A DNA stretch of 64,000 nucleotides. It comes from a bacterium. Its GTDB lineage: Bacteria > Bdellovibrionota_B > Oligoflexia > Silvanigrellales > Silvanigrellaceae. The position numbers and the translations under genes were made by a program. Below, piece after piece: positions 38,625 to 47,676 of the stretch. Location: contig RGDM01000003.1 in the NCBI GenBank assembly GCA_009918675.1, forward strand, positions 7,020-71,019. Direction: 5' to 3'. Each line of letters starts with the position of its first letter. The stretch's first letter is position 1. Below the pieces are notes generated by a model. That model saw only the letters and a program-made list of their open reading frames with translations, had not been told where the DNA came from and made no database searches.

Positions 38625-40219
38625 TGACCTTCGTCAACAGCGATACGCTGCAGAGCCCAGTGTCGAAAAGAATCACCGCGGTGTTCGAAGTTCTTAAATT
38701 CGTCAAAGCTTGCACAGGCAGGGCTTAATAAAATCACATCACCGTCGTTTGCTTCTTCCAATGCACATTGGGCGGCTTCCGTCATGTTTGCAGAAGGAGC
38801 CGCAAGTCGCCTGCCAATTCCTGAAAGCTGCTGACAAACCAGCGGAGCCGCTTTGCCAAACGGGTACAATTTTTCGATACTTTTTCCAATATAAGGGAGA
38901 AGATCTCCGTAATAATCGCCTTTAGGTTCACCACCCACAAGGAGGCGGATGGAGCTTGAGAAGCTTTTGACTGCAACCAGTGTGCTTTCAACGTTGGTTG
39001 CTTTTGAGTCATTGATGATTCGGATTCTTTTGATGGATTTGTCTGTTGCGAGAAACGCTCTTCCCTTGCCAACCTCTTCCAATCTGTGCGGCAGATGGTT
39101 GTAAGCACTGGTGCATTGATTCCACTGCGCACGCACGATGTTCGTATGAAGTCCATCGTATAATCCACTCAGACTGGCAGCAAGAATATTGAGTTGATTG
39201 TGCTCACCGGGTAGCACAGGGTTTTGAACCTCAAAATTCAGATTCCAGTTTGAATCAGCGGCTGAACAACTGTGAAATTGAACTGAGTTCGTAGCAGTTC
39301 CTTGTTGGAGCCAGACATGAATGAGTTTGTCTGGGTGAAGGAGCGTTTCAAAAGGGAGCGTTGCGAGCACGCCATAAGACTGTGTCGGCAAACACCGATG
39401 GAGATTCGAGGATTCCGCTGTGTTGAGCGCAGCTCTGACACGTTTCACTGAACTGCCGAGCGCCTGTCCGGCGGCTTCGTCGAGAAAACCATGACTCACG
39501 ATTAGAGTGCATTCGGGCATCGCGAGTCCCAAAACCATTGCACGTCTGAGGACTGCAGAATCGACGACGGCAATGCCATCGGGACGCGTCAGAACAACAA
39601 GCCGCCACTTTGCCTTCAAATATTCATCCATGGTTTTATAGCGGGCTTGATGATCATTTTGCAGATTTAGGAAGATGCTGACGTGTGGACGGAGTGAATA
39701 GGTGGTCTCGAGCTGGTAGCTGCTCAATTCGACAATGAGTGCATTGAATCGCGCAGGGTCAATGAGAGCGTCGCAGAGTGCGCGGCCGTAATTGCCACAG
39801 GCAACAGAGTTGCGTTGTCCTAGGGCGAAGAGCTGCGCAGCATAATGAGTTGTTGTGCTTTTGCCGTTCGTTCCGGTGATGCCAACAACAATCGCCGAAT
39901 CTGGAATAAACCAGCTTGCAACCTCAATTTCACCCATCATCGGAATTCCCGCTTGACGCACTGCGAGTGGCAAGGGTTGGTCGAGCGGAATGCTGGGCGA
40001 GAGCACCACGTTTTGTGCTTCGCTCAGTAGTTTATCAAGTGAATGACCGCCTTCTTCGTATGGAATTTTAAGCTCGTCGAGCGATGCTTTTGCTTCTTTC
40101 TCGATGATGTTTGCATCGCTTACGAAGACCTGTGCGCCTTGCTGCCGCAATAATTTCGCCGCAGCAACTCCACTGCGAGCCGCGCCAACGATCCAAAACC
40201 GCAGTCCTTTAACGTTCAT
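38621..40219 (-). CDS. murD: UDP-N-acetylmuramoylalanine--D-glutamate ligase, with a ~65-aa internal insertion
   Basis: GITGTNGKSTT, INDSKATN and LLSPACASFDEFKNFEHRG parallel E. coli MurD. 532 aa versus about 440. Confidence 0.9.
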   Translation of the reverse strand: MNVKGLRFWIVGAARSGVAAAKLLRQQGAQVFVSDANIIEKEAKASLDELKIPYEEGGHSLDKLLSEAQNVVLSPSIPLDQPLPLAVRQAGIPMMGEIEVASWFIPDSAIVVGITGTNGKSTTTHYAAQLFALGQRNSVACGNYGRALCDALIDPARFNALIVELSSYQLETTYSLRPHVSIFLNLQNDHQARYKTMDEYLKAKWRLVVLTRPDGIAVVDSAVLRRAMVLGLAMPECTLIVSHGFLDEAAGQALGSSVKRVRAALNTAESSNLHRCLPTQSYGVLATLPFETLLHPDKLIHVWLQQGTATNSVQFHSCSAADSNWNLNFEVQNPVLPGEHNQLNILAASLSGLYDGLHTNIVRAQWNQCTSAYNHLPHRLEEVGKGRAFLATDKSIKRIRIINDSKATNVESTLVAVKSFSSSIRLLVGGEPKGDYYGDLLPYIGKSIEKLYPFGKAAPLVCQQLSGIGRRLAAPSANMTEAAQCALEEANDGDVILLSPACASFDEFKNFEHRGDSFRHWALQRIAVDEGQ

Positions 40220-40224
40220 GAAGT

Positions 40225-41331
40225 TTATCTCAGTTTAAGTGTCAAAATGCTAAAAAGTGCAAGCATAAAGCTAATGATCCAGGCGCGTACGGTGATTTTT
40301 TGTTCTGGCCAGCCACCTTTTTCAAAGTGGTGATGCAAAGGAGCCATTCGGAAGACCCGCTTCTGGCGCATCTTGAAAGATCCCACTTGGATGATCACCG
40401 AGAGTGCTTCCACGACAAAAACTCCACCCATAATGACGAGCAAAACTTCGTGACCGGTAATCATCGAAACCGCACCTAAAATACCACCGAGTGGAAGAGC
40501 GCCAGAGTCGCCCATGAAGACCTGAGCAGGCCAGGAATTATACCAAAGGAAACCTATTGAACTACCGATGAGCGCTGCCAAAAAAACGGTGATTTCACCG
40601 GAGCCATGCACAGTATGATAATAAAGATATTTTGCGACAACCACATTTCCTGTGACGTAGCTGAGTACAAGTAATGCGATGGAGCAGGTGATCACTGGTC
40701 CAATCACCAACCCATCGAGTCCGTCCGTGAGATTCACAGCATTGCTCGATCCCACCAGAACAAAATACGCGAAGGGCAGATAAAGCCAGCCCAAATTCAG
40801 AGAGACATCTTTGAGAAACGGAAAATAGACCAGCGAGAGAGTTGAGCGGCTCACGGACGAAGCGTCAATATATCCGGACTGATTTAAGTGCCACGCGATA
40901 GCAATACATGCACCAATGGATAGTCCAATATATTTATAACGGCTCGCGAGCCCTGTTGGATTCTTCTTGGAAATTTTAAGATAGTCGTCGAAGAATCCCA
41001 CAAGTCCGAAACTGATTGTTACGATTGTGAGCGTCCAGAGGTGATGGTTTTTAAGATCCATCCACAGAAACGCCGACAAAAGAGTGGCGAATATGATGAT
41101 GATACCACCCATCGTCGGGGTGCCTTTTTTTTCAAAGTGAGTCGCCGGACCAAGTTCGCGGATCGGCTGACCAAGTTTCATGGCTCGCAGACGAGTGATG
41201 AGGGGTGGATAAAGCGCCAAGGAAACTAGAATCGAAGTGATGAGAGCGAGTATCGCCCGGCTCGACAAATACGTGAGTGCATTGAGCTTCGGCTCGAATT
41301 GGGTCAGGTGATGAAAAAGTGCGAGAAGCAT
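40225..41331 (-). CDS. mraY: Phospho-N-acetylmuramoyl-pentapeptide transferase
   Basis: NAVNLTDGLDGLVIG and HHHFE motifs; 10 TM. Confidence 0.95.
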   Translation of the reverse strand: MLLALFHHLTQFEPKLNALTYLSSRAILALITSILVSLALYPPLITRLRAMKLGQPIRELGPATHFEKKGTPTMGGIIIIFATLLSAFLWMDLKNHHLWTLTIVTISFGLVGFFDDYLKISKKNPTGLASRYKYIGLSIGACIAIAWHLNQSGYIDASSVSRSTLSLVYFPFLKDVSLNLGWLYLPFAYFVLVGSSNAVNLTDGLDGLVIGPVITCSIALLVLSYVTGNVVVAKYLYYHTVHGSGEITVFLAALIGSSIGFLWYNSWPAQVFMGDSGALPLGGILGAVSMITGHEVLLVIMGGVFVVEALSVIIQVGSFKMRQKRVFRMAPLHHHFEKGGWPEQKITVRAWIISFMLALFSILTLKLR

Positions 41332-41357
41332 TGGCTATTGTGCCCTCTCTTTTTTTA

Positions 41358-43079
41358 TCAAATGGTACGCGGGTTGATTAAAGCCTGTCGAGCCACGTCG
41401 GAGTCAGAGAACGGATACTTGGTCGTGCCAATGATTTGGTAGTCCTCATGACCTTTGCCCGCAATCAAGACGATATCCTTGCTCGATGCAACTTTGATGG
41501 CTTCGCAAATTGCCTGCCGGCGGTCAATTTGCAAGACCACATGTGTATTCCCTTGTGGATCCACGCCTGCCAAAATATCTTGCAGAATTTTCTTTGGATC
41601 TTCGGTTCTCGGATTGTCTGATGTCACCCAAACCTTGTCAGACAGCTTGGCCGCGATCCGCCCCATTTGTGGCCGCTTGCCCGGATCGCGATCGCCACCG
41701 CAGCCAAAGACACAAATCAGTTGTCCGCCCGTAGGAACAAGTGAGCGGCAGGTTTGAAGCGTCTTTTCCAGAGCGTCGGGCGAATGCGCGTAATCGACAA
41801 GAACACACGGAGAGCTGTCGGGTGCTGCAACCTCAACGAGTTCCAATCTGCCAGGAATGGCTCGGATGGCCTGCGCATTGCTGGCGATTTGGTTTAATGG
41901 GTAACCCAAAGCAAGCATCATCGCAGCAGCGGCAGCAAGGTTTTCATGCTGGACGTCGCCGAGCAAACGGACGTGATATTGGCATTGAGCCACGCTTGTT
42001 TGTTTGTCGAGCCAAAGCGTCCACTGTCCGGTGATCCCTTGAGTTGTTGAGCGGTGGTGACTCACTTCCAAGAAGCGTGTGCCCGAAAAACGACTGCGCG
42101 ATGATTCAAAAAACTCATCTCGTTGCGACGCATAACCAAAGCCAACACAGAAGCGAGATTTCCCCCGTGCCGCCTCAATCACCTCCGGCCAATGCTTGTC
42201 GTTGCAATTGACAGCAACTTGTCCCGCGGGATGAAGGTAGATGCGAAAGAGGTCCAATTTGGCTTCAAGATAATTCTGCATCGTCACATGATAATCGAGA
42301 TGATCTTGGCTTAAATTTAGAAAGGCCGCACATTGCACGGGCCAGCTTCCCAAGCGACGTTCATGGATTCCTATGCTCGTGGCTTCCATAACTAATTGCT
42401 GGCACGAATAGTGTTGCTGAGCCATGCGTAATGCAGCGATGAGGCCGGGGTAGTCGGGCATCGTTGGAAAGGGATTATCCCAAGCTTGATCTCCAAGCTG
42501 AATGCCCAGGGTCCCGAGGCGCAGAACGTTTTTTTGGCTGAGTTGCTCAAGAAGAGCAGCGGTGATTTGAGTTGTGCTCGTTTTCCCGTTGGTACCGGTG
42601 ATTGCCAGCGTAGTCCAATCCGAACTGCGCACCGAGCTTGTGCTTCGCACTAATAGTTCACGTGCTTTCTCGGTTGAATTGACCAGAATGAGATTCGGAT
42701 GTGAGTCAAGATCTTTGACCCACTGCTGTGCCGATTCGTGATCGCCCGCGGCGGAATTGTGAAGCTCTTGTTCCTCTGCAATAACGAAGTGACCTTCGTT
42801 CAAAAGTCGCGCAACAACATCGTGTGTATTATAGCGCGCTGTCTTGCGAGCAACAAAAAGGACATGTTCTTGCTTGTGATGTGGGTTAGAAAGTGTCTCG
42901 AGTTTGCGGATGTCCCAAACAATTTTCACCTCAGCGGGTGAATTGATTCGACGCAGAGGTGAGTCTTCACTTGGGGTACTTGTTAGCAAACTTTCTGCTT
43001 CAAGAAGCAAGAGTGCGCGGCCGGGTTGAATTGTGAACTCAAGATCAAGTTCAGTGCCGATCACTTTTGTCTCCTCCAA
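41358..43079 (-). CDS. murE: UDP-N-acetylmuramoyl-tripeptide synthetase (meso-DAP-adding, by the DNPR motif)
   Basis: ITGTNGKTSTT, DYAHSPDALEK and SDNPRTEDP motifs. 573 aa with an enlarged N-terminal domain. TTG 43079 start; GTG 43064 is the alternative. Confidence 0.9.
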   Translation of the reverse strand: MEETKVIGTELDLEFTIQPGRALLLLEAESLLTSTPSEDSPLRRINSPAEVKIVWDIRKLETLSNPHHKQEHVLFVARKTARYNTHDVVARLLNEGHFVIAEEQELHNSAAGDHESAQQWVKDLDSHPNLILVNSTEKARELLVRSTSSVRSSDWTTLAITGTNGKTSTTQITAALLEQLSQKNVLRLGTLGIQLGDQAWDNPFPTMPDYPGLIAALRMAQQHYSCQQLVMEATSIGIHERRLGSWPVQCAAFLNLSQDHLDYHVTMQNYLEAKLDLFRIYLHPAGQVAVNCNDKHWPEVIEAARGKSRFCVGFGYASQRDEFFESSRSRFSGTRFLEVSHHRSTTQGITGQWTLWLDKQTSVAQCQYHVRLLGDVQHENLAAAAAMMLALGYPLNQIASNAQAIRAIPGRLELVEVAAPDSSPCVLVDYAHSPDALEKTLQTCRSLVPTGGQLICVFGCGGDRDPGKRPQMGRIAAKLSDKVWVTSDNPRTEDPKKILQDILAGVDPQGNTHVVLQIDRRQAICEAIKVASSKDIVLIAGKGHEDYQIIGTTKYPFSDSDVARQALINPRTI

Positions 43080-44856
43080 TGCCGCGCTTGGCCAATGGAC
43101 CTGGGATTTCTTGGCTGACTGTTGGGTCTAACCGAATGAGTCCACGTGAGTTGAGATAATTAATCGCTTTCTGACCAATTTCAGAAAAAACCGGGCCAGC
43201 AAGAACTCCACCATATGCGGGTCGCACCTGCGGTTCGTCAATGACAACAGTAATCGCCAGGCGCGGTTGGTCGGCAGGAACAACTCCCGTGAAAGTCGAA
43301 ATTCGCTCACTGTACTGTCGAGTTTTGGGATCATATTTTTGCGCAGTTCCTGTCTTTCCAGCCACCGAAAGACCAGAAATGGATGCCAAACGTCCCGTTC
43401 CGCCTTCTTCTTCAACCACTCCGCGCATCATGTCTGTGATGGTTCGGCTGGTTTCTGCTGAGATCACACGCAGCGGCGGAAGCTCAAGCTTAAAATCGTC
43501 ACGGCCTTCGCCTTGAGCAAGAATTCGAATTCCAGGATCTATTCCACCGCCCGTGAGAATTGCCATCGATCGCGTGAGCTGCAAGGGGCTTATCGCGATG
43601 CCCTGACCAAAAGACATGTTGGCAAAGCGCATTTCCCGCCAAGACTCAGGTTTATTGACTCGGCCACCCCATTCTCCCGGCAAGCCCGTTCCTGGTGAGC
43701 GAATGAGTCCATAAGCTCCGAGAGCGTCATACAAGCCATTCCGACCAAGCTTCTGAACAATTTTGTATGTGCAGATGTTGCTGCTAACTTTGATGATTTC
43801 TGCAGGAGTCAATGTGCCATGTGGATGGGTGTCGCGAATTTTTCCGCCTGGAACAACCATAACCCCATTTTCGCAAAAGAAGTTTTCATTTGCACGAATT
43901 TTCTTTTTGTCGATCGCGCGCGCAATGAACAAGGGCTTAACGACCGATCCAAGTTCAAGTGCATCCATCAACGGACGAAAGCGCCGTGCCTCGGGTTGGC
44001 CTGCGGGAGGGTTGTTGAGATCGTAGGTTGGGTAGCTTGCCATCGCAAGAACTTCACCCGATTGAATATCCATGACAACTGCTGAGCCTGCATGCGCACG
44101 TGCTTTGAGCACCCCTTCACGCAATGCAACTTCGGCAGTGCTTTGAATGGATAAGTCAATCGATAATTGCAGCGGCGCGCTTTGCGGTTCCGGTTGCACG
44201 GCTCCATTGGGAGTGGTCAACGTAATATGTCCACGAGCATCGCGAGTGACTTTGGCAACTTGGGGGCTTCCGTTCAGCGTCGAATTATAGATTGCTTCGA
44301 CTCCCTCAAGACCTGTGTTGTCCAGACCAACAAAACCGATCAGGTGCGATGCGGTTTCCTTTTCTGGATAAATTCGCTTGGGCTCTTCAGCGACGCCAAT
44401 AAATTCTCTCCATTGTTGCAAATCTCCCATGCTTTCAAATTCCGCGGGTGGAATGTGTCTGCGCAGCCATGCAAATCCGCGCTTTGTGCGGCGCAGTTCA
44501 ACTAGAGTATTTGCCGGGATTTTGAGAACTCGTGCGATTTTTTCGAGCGCGGCGCGATCCGCTGGGAGTCTTTTGGGAATAGCAAAGACGCTGGGATGTA
44601 AGACACTCACAGCTAAAGTTCGGCCGCTGCGGTCGATGATCTTTGCGCGCGGCGGGAGAAGTGTGACCTCCGACTCGAATTGTTTTGTTGCCCGACTGCG
44701 CAGTTTTTCGTTCAGATTTGTTGGCAGAACAGCAAGCTGAGCATAGCGACCAACCATCAGCACGCCGGCCGTAGCGAGCGCGCAGCCAAAAATTACAACT
44801 CTGAGACGTGTGTCATTTTTGGGCTTCCGCGCGAACCATCCTGGTGTCTTACGCAC
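43051..44856 (-). CDS. ftsI: Penicillin-binding protein 3-type transpeptidase
   Basis: N-terminal TM. SxxK (GSVVKP), SxN (VSSNI) and KTG (AGKTGTA) motifs. GTG start 1 nt after the ftsL stop. Confidence 0.92.
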   Translation of the reverse strand: MRKTPGWFARKPKNDTRLRVVIFGCALATAGVLMVGRYAQLAVLPTNLNEKLRSRATKQFESEVTLLPPRAKIIDRSGRTLAVSVLHPSVFAIPKRLPADRAALEKIARVLKIPANTLVELRRTKRGFAWLRRHIPPAEFESMGDLQQWREFIGVAEEPKRIYPEKETASHLIGFVGLDNTGLEGVEAIYNSTLNGSPQVAKVTRDARGHITLTTPNGAVQPEPQSAPLQLSIDLSIQSTAEVALREGVLKARAHAGSAVVMDIQSGEVLAMASYPTYDLNNPPAGQPEARRFRPLMDALELGSVVKPLFIARAIDKKKIRANENFFCENGVMVVPGGKIRDTHPHGTLTPAEIIKVSSNICTYKIVQKLGRNGLYDALGAYGLIRSPGTGLPGEWGGRVNKPESWREMRFANMSFGQGIAISPLQLTRSMAILTGGGIDPGIRILAQGEGRDDFKLELPPLRVISAETSRTITDMMRGVVEEEGGTGRLASISGLSVAGKTGTAQKYDPKTRQYSERISTFTGVVPADQPRLAITVVIDEPQVRPAYGGVLAGPVFSEIGQKAINYLNSRGLIRLDPTVSQEIPGPLAKRGIGGDKSDRH

Positions 44857-44857
44857 T

Positions 44858-45208
44858 TTAAGGATTCCTTTCGGCCTTTGAGTTTTCGCTTGCTTTGAGT
44901 GAATTCGATGGACGTAAAACGTTCGTTTTTGAGGGTAGGTTGAGTTGTGATACGCCCGAATTCGTCGAGGTTTTCAATCGACTTTCGCGGACTGTGCGCT
45001 GAACGGCGGCCAGTTGGCTTTGCAGGTCGATATTTTTTTGCCGGAGTTGTCTCTCTTCAGTTTTGAGCCGACCGAGTTCGTAACCAATGCCGTAGGTTTT
45101 TGTTCGCAGTGCAGCCACAGGAATCGCTGCCAAGACCACCAGCGCAAAACACAAAAGACTCGCATCAATGCGTTTCCAGTGAATCTTCATCAGCTCTCCC
45201 ATAACCAT
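44858..45208 (-). CDS. ftsL: Cell division protein FtsL
   Basis: Small bitopic protein: TM LLCFALVVLAAIPVAAL followed by the coiled coil LKTEERQLRQKNIDLQSQL. Position is between rsmH and ftsI. Start is ambiguous (45208, 45202 or 45190). Confidence 0.7.
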   Translation of the reverse strand: MVMGELMKIHWKRIDASLLCFALVVLAAIPVAALRTKTYGIGYELGRLKTEERQLRQKNIDLQSQLAAVQRTVRESRLKTSTNSGVSQLNLPSKTNVLRPSNSLKASENSKAERNP

Positions 45209-45264
45209 AAAAGCGAGTCAGTTTTCAGTACGAATGGGTTTTAATTACAAGCGTTGGCAAAAAA

Positions 45265-46341
45265 TTAGGTTGATTTCAAAAAATGAAAGCCTCGCAGTCG
45301 AGCGGAACGCGAACGGGGGTTTCTTTGCAATTCATCTGCTTGTGCCACAACACCCCCACGTGGAGATTCCTCTCCTAAGCTCAAGCGATTGTCGCCTGCG
45401 ACTGCCGATAAACCCATCTGTGCTTCCATCCATTGTTTCTTTTCCGATGCTTGTTTCGCCTGAGGTGTTAAAGCACCGGCCTCCCAAGCACGAAAATATC
45501 GCTTCACTAAACGGTCTTCGAGCGAGTGAAAACTGATCACCGCTGCCCAGCCATCTTCGGCCATCAATTCAGGAATCGCGCTGAGAAGATCTTCAACGGC
45601 CGACAGCTCTTCGTTGACTGCAATACGCAATGCCTGAAACACTCGCGTTGCTGGATGCACTCGACTTTGATGATATCCTAAGACGCGGGCAACGTATTGA
45701 GCGAACTCAACTGTATTTGACATTGGCAGCAGCCCGCTTGCTCTATCTTTCACAATCGCGCGAGCGAGAGCGCGGGCTCGTGGCTCTTCGCCAAACTCTT
45801 GAAAAATGCGAGTGAGTTCTTTTTCGTCAAGTTGCTCCAAAAGCTCCTTTGCGGTTCTGCCTTGACTGTTGTTCATGCGCATGTCGAGAGGCCCCTCGCG
45901 CAAGAAGGAAAATCCGCGCTCTGCTGAATCAAGTTGTGGTGAGCTAACTCCCAGATCCGCCATCAGGCCGTTGAGTTTGAATTCCTTCCTATTGTTTGCG
46001 AACCAGTGAGGGAAATCCCGGAAATTGATCGCTAAAAGATTCACATTAATTTGCTTCGCCGCAGCAGGGTTTGTGCGTAACCAATCATTGATACGTTCCT
46101 GCGCAATCGCCAACGCAAAAGCGTCCTGATCGCAACAGAGAACTTCGAATTCAAGATGCGAACCATGTTGTTTTTCGATTGCTGCGGAGAGTGTTTTGAG
46201 GAGCAGGAGTGTGTGTCCTGCGCCACCGAGAGTGCAGTCTGCAAAAATAGCACGACCGCTGTCAAACTTTTGACTCAGTCCGGAACAGAGCAAGTGAACA
46301 GTCTCATGCAAAAGAACTGAGATGTGATCGAAAGAAGTCAT
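45265..46341 (-). CDS. rsmH: 16S rRNA (cytosine1402-N4)-methyltransferase
   Basis: HISVLLHETV, DCTLGGAGH and DLGVSSPQLD motifs. True start is ATG 46341 (MTSFDH...). Confidence 0.92.
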   Translation of the reverse strand: MTSFDHISVLLHETVHLLCSGLSQKFDSGRAIFADCTLGGAGHTLLLLKTLSAAIEKQHGSHLEFEVLCCDQDAFALAIAQERINDWLRTNPAAAKQINVNLLAINFRDFPHWFANNRKEFKLNGLMADLGVSSPQLDSAERGFSFLREGPLDMRMNNSQGRTAKELLEQLDEKELTRIFQEFGEEPRARALARAIVKDRASGLLPMSNTVEFAQYVARVLGYHQSRVHPATRVFQALRIAVNEELSAVEDLLSAIPELMAEDGWAAVISFHSLEDRLVKRYFRAWEAGALTPQAKQASEKKQWMEAQMGLSAVAGDNRLSLGEESPRGGVVAQADELQRNPRSRSARLRGFHFLKST

Positions 46342-46503
46342 GCATTCTCCAGTTGCGCGAATGTCAAAGCGTTGGCAGCGTGCAAGATGAGTTGCCAAAA
46401 AATGCCGCAAACCGTTTAAAGCTTTTGAGAGTCGCTCCGAAGCAGATGCATGTGTCGTAGGACAAAGTCCTGAAATGGATCACCTGCACGAGGGTTTCCA
46501 GCA

Positions 46504-47676
46504 ATGATGCGTTACAGTTCGCTCTCAAAGTTGAGAAGTTATCTTCTTCCCGCACTCGCAGCAATTGTGCTCGCCACAGGACCTGCGGGTTGCAGTTCGT
46601 CGGGAGAAGAATCGCCAAGTCCGGCACTCGAGGGAGCAGCCTCTGGTGAGCAGGCAGATTCTGGCAATGCAGCAAGCAATGCTGCCTCCGGCGAGAATGC
46701 GTCTGCCAACGCAAACACGGAAGCGGCCAACACTGCCAAACCCGAAGGCGCTGAGGCAGCTTCGTCGAACAATCCGATAGGCAATGAGCTAAATAATGCG
46801 ATTAGCGGCGAAGGCAATGTAACTGCAGATGGCAAAGCCGCTTCCGGAGCCGCACCAGAAAATAATGATGGTGCTCTGAATGCTGAGGGTAACACCGCAG
46901 CGAACATGAAGTCGGATGCTGGCGCAACTGCTGCTGCGACCCGAAGTAATGAGAAAGATGAATCACCGATTGCAACAGCAGCTGATGCAAACTCAAGCAA
47001 CCCATTTGCGAGCGGGAACGCGGCTGCAGCAGCAACTCCGCCGGTAAACGCAGCACCGCAATCTCCGAGTGCTGACGCATATCCAGCTGCCGCATCAGCG
47101 CCAGCAGCAGCTTCCTCAGCCGCTGAACCCCCTGCAGCTTCAGAGTCCTCTGCCGCCCCATCTGGGCCAACCTCGCTACCTGAAATTGGTTCCAAGATGG
47201 CTTATTACGTGATGCGTGGCGACACTTTAGCCGCAATTGCTCAGAAGATTTACGGATCAAAAAAAGGCTGGAAAGCGCTTCAAACTGAAAATGGTCTGAC
47301 TGATCCAAATAAAATTTATCCAGGCGATGTTATTTACTTCACTCTTGATGAATCTTCCAAAGCCTTTGCTGAGAAATATGAGATGGGAGCCCGCCAGGTT
47401 TACACAGTAAGCAAAGGCGACTCGCTCGCGAAGATTGCTGGCAAGTTTTACGGAACTCAGGGCGCATGGAGAGCACTCTGGAAAGAAAACCCCCAGATTT
47501 TGAATCCCGATCGCATTCGTGTCGGTATGGTCCTGAGCTATCGCACAGCAAGCAAAGTTGCTCTTAAAGATGAAAATGAAATCGAAGAAGATTCTGAGAG
47601 TGAGTCAGGATTTGTTGAAAATACTGAAGAGCAAAATCAGGTCACCGCAGAATTGGCTACTGCTGCGATGGACTGA
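46504..47676 (+). CDS. Lipoprotein with a long Ala/Ser/Asn-rich spacer and two C-terminal LysM domains
   Basis: Lipobox LATGPAGC. LysM repeats YYVMRGDTLAAIAQKIYG...YPGDVIYF and YTVSKGDSLAKIAGKFYG...RVGMVLSY. Confidence 0.85.
   Translation: MMRYSSLSKLRSYLLPALAAIVLATGPAGCSSSGEESPSPALEGAASGEQADSGNAASNAASGENASANANTEAANTAKPEGAEAASSNNPIGNELNNAISGEGNVTADGKAASGAAPENNDGALNAEGNTAANMKSDAGATAAATRSNEKDESPIATAADANSSNPFASGNAAAAATPPVNAAPQSPSADAYPAAASAPAAASSAAEPPAASESSAAPSGPTSLPEIGSKMAYYVMRGDTLAAIAQKIYGSKKGWKALQTENGLTDPNKIYPGDVIYFTLDESSKAFAEKYEMGARQVYTVSKGDSLAKIAGKFYGTQGAWRALWKENPQILNPDRIRVGMVLSYRTASKVALKDENEIEEDSESESGFVENTEEQNQVTAELATAAMD

Noticed and set aside
46539-47195. 218-aa Ala/Gly-rich minus-strand ORF
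   Set aside because: It is the antisense of the Ala/Ser-rich low-complexity spacer of the LysM lipoprotein. GC-rich repetitive codons keep the reverse frame open by chance.
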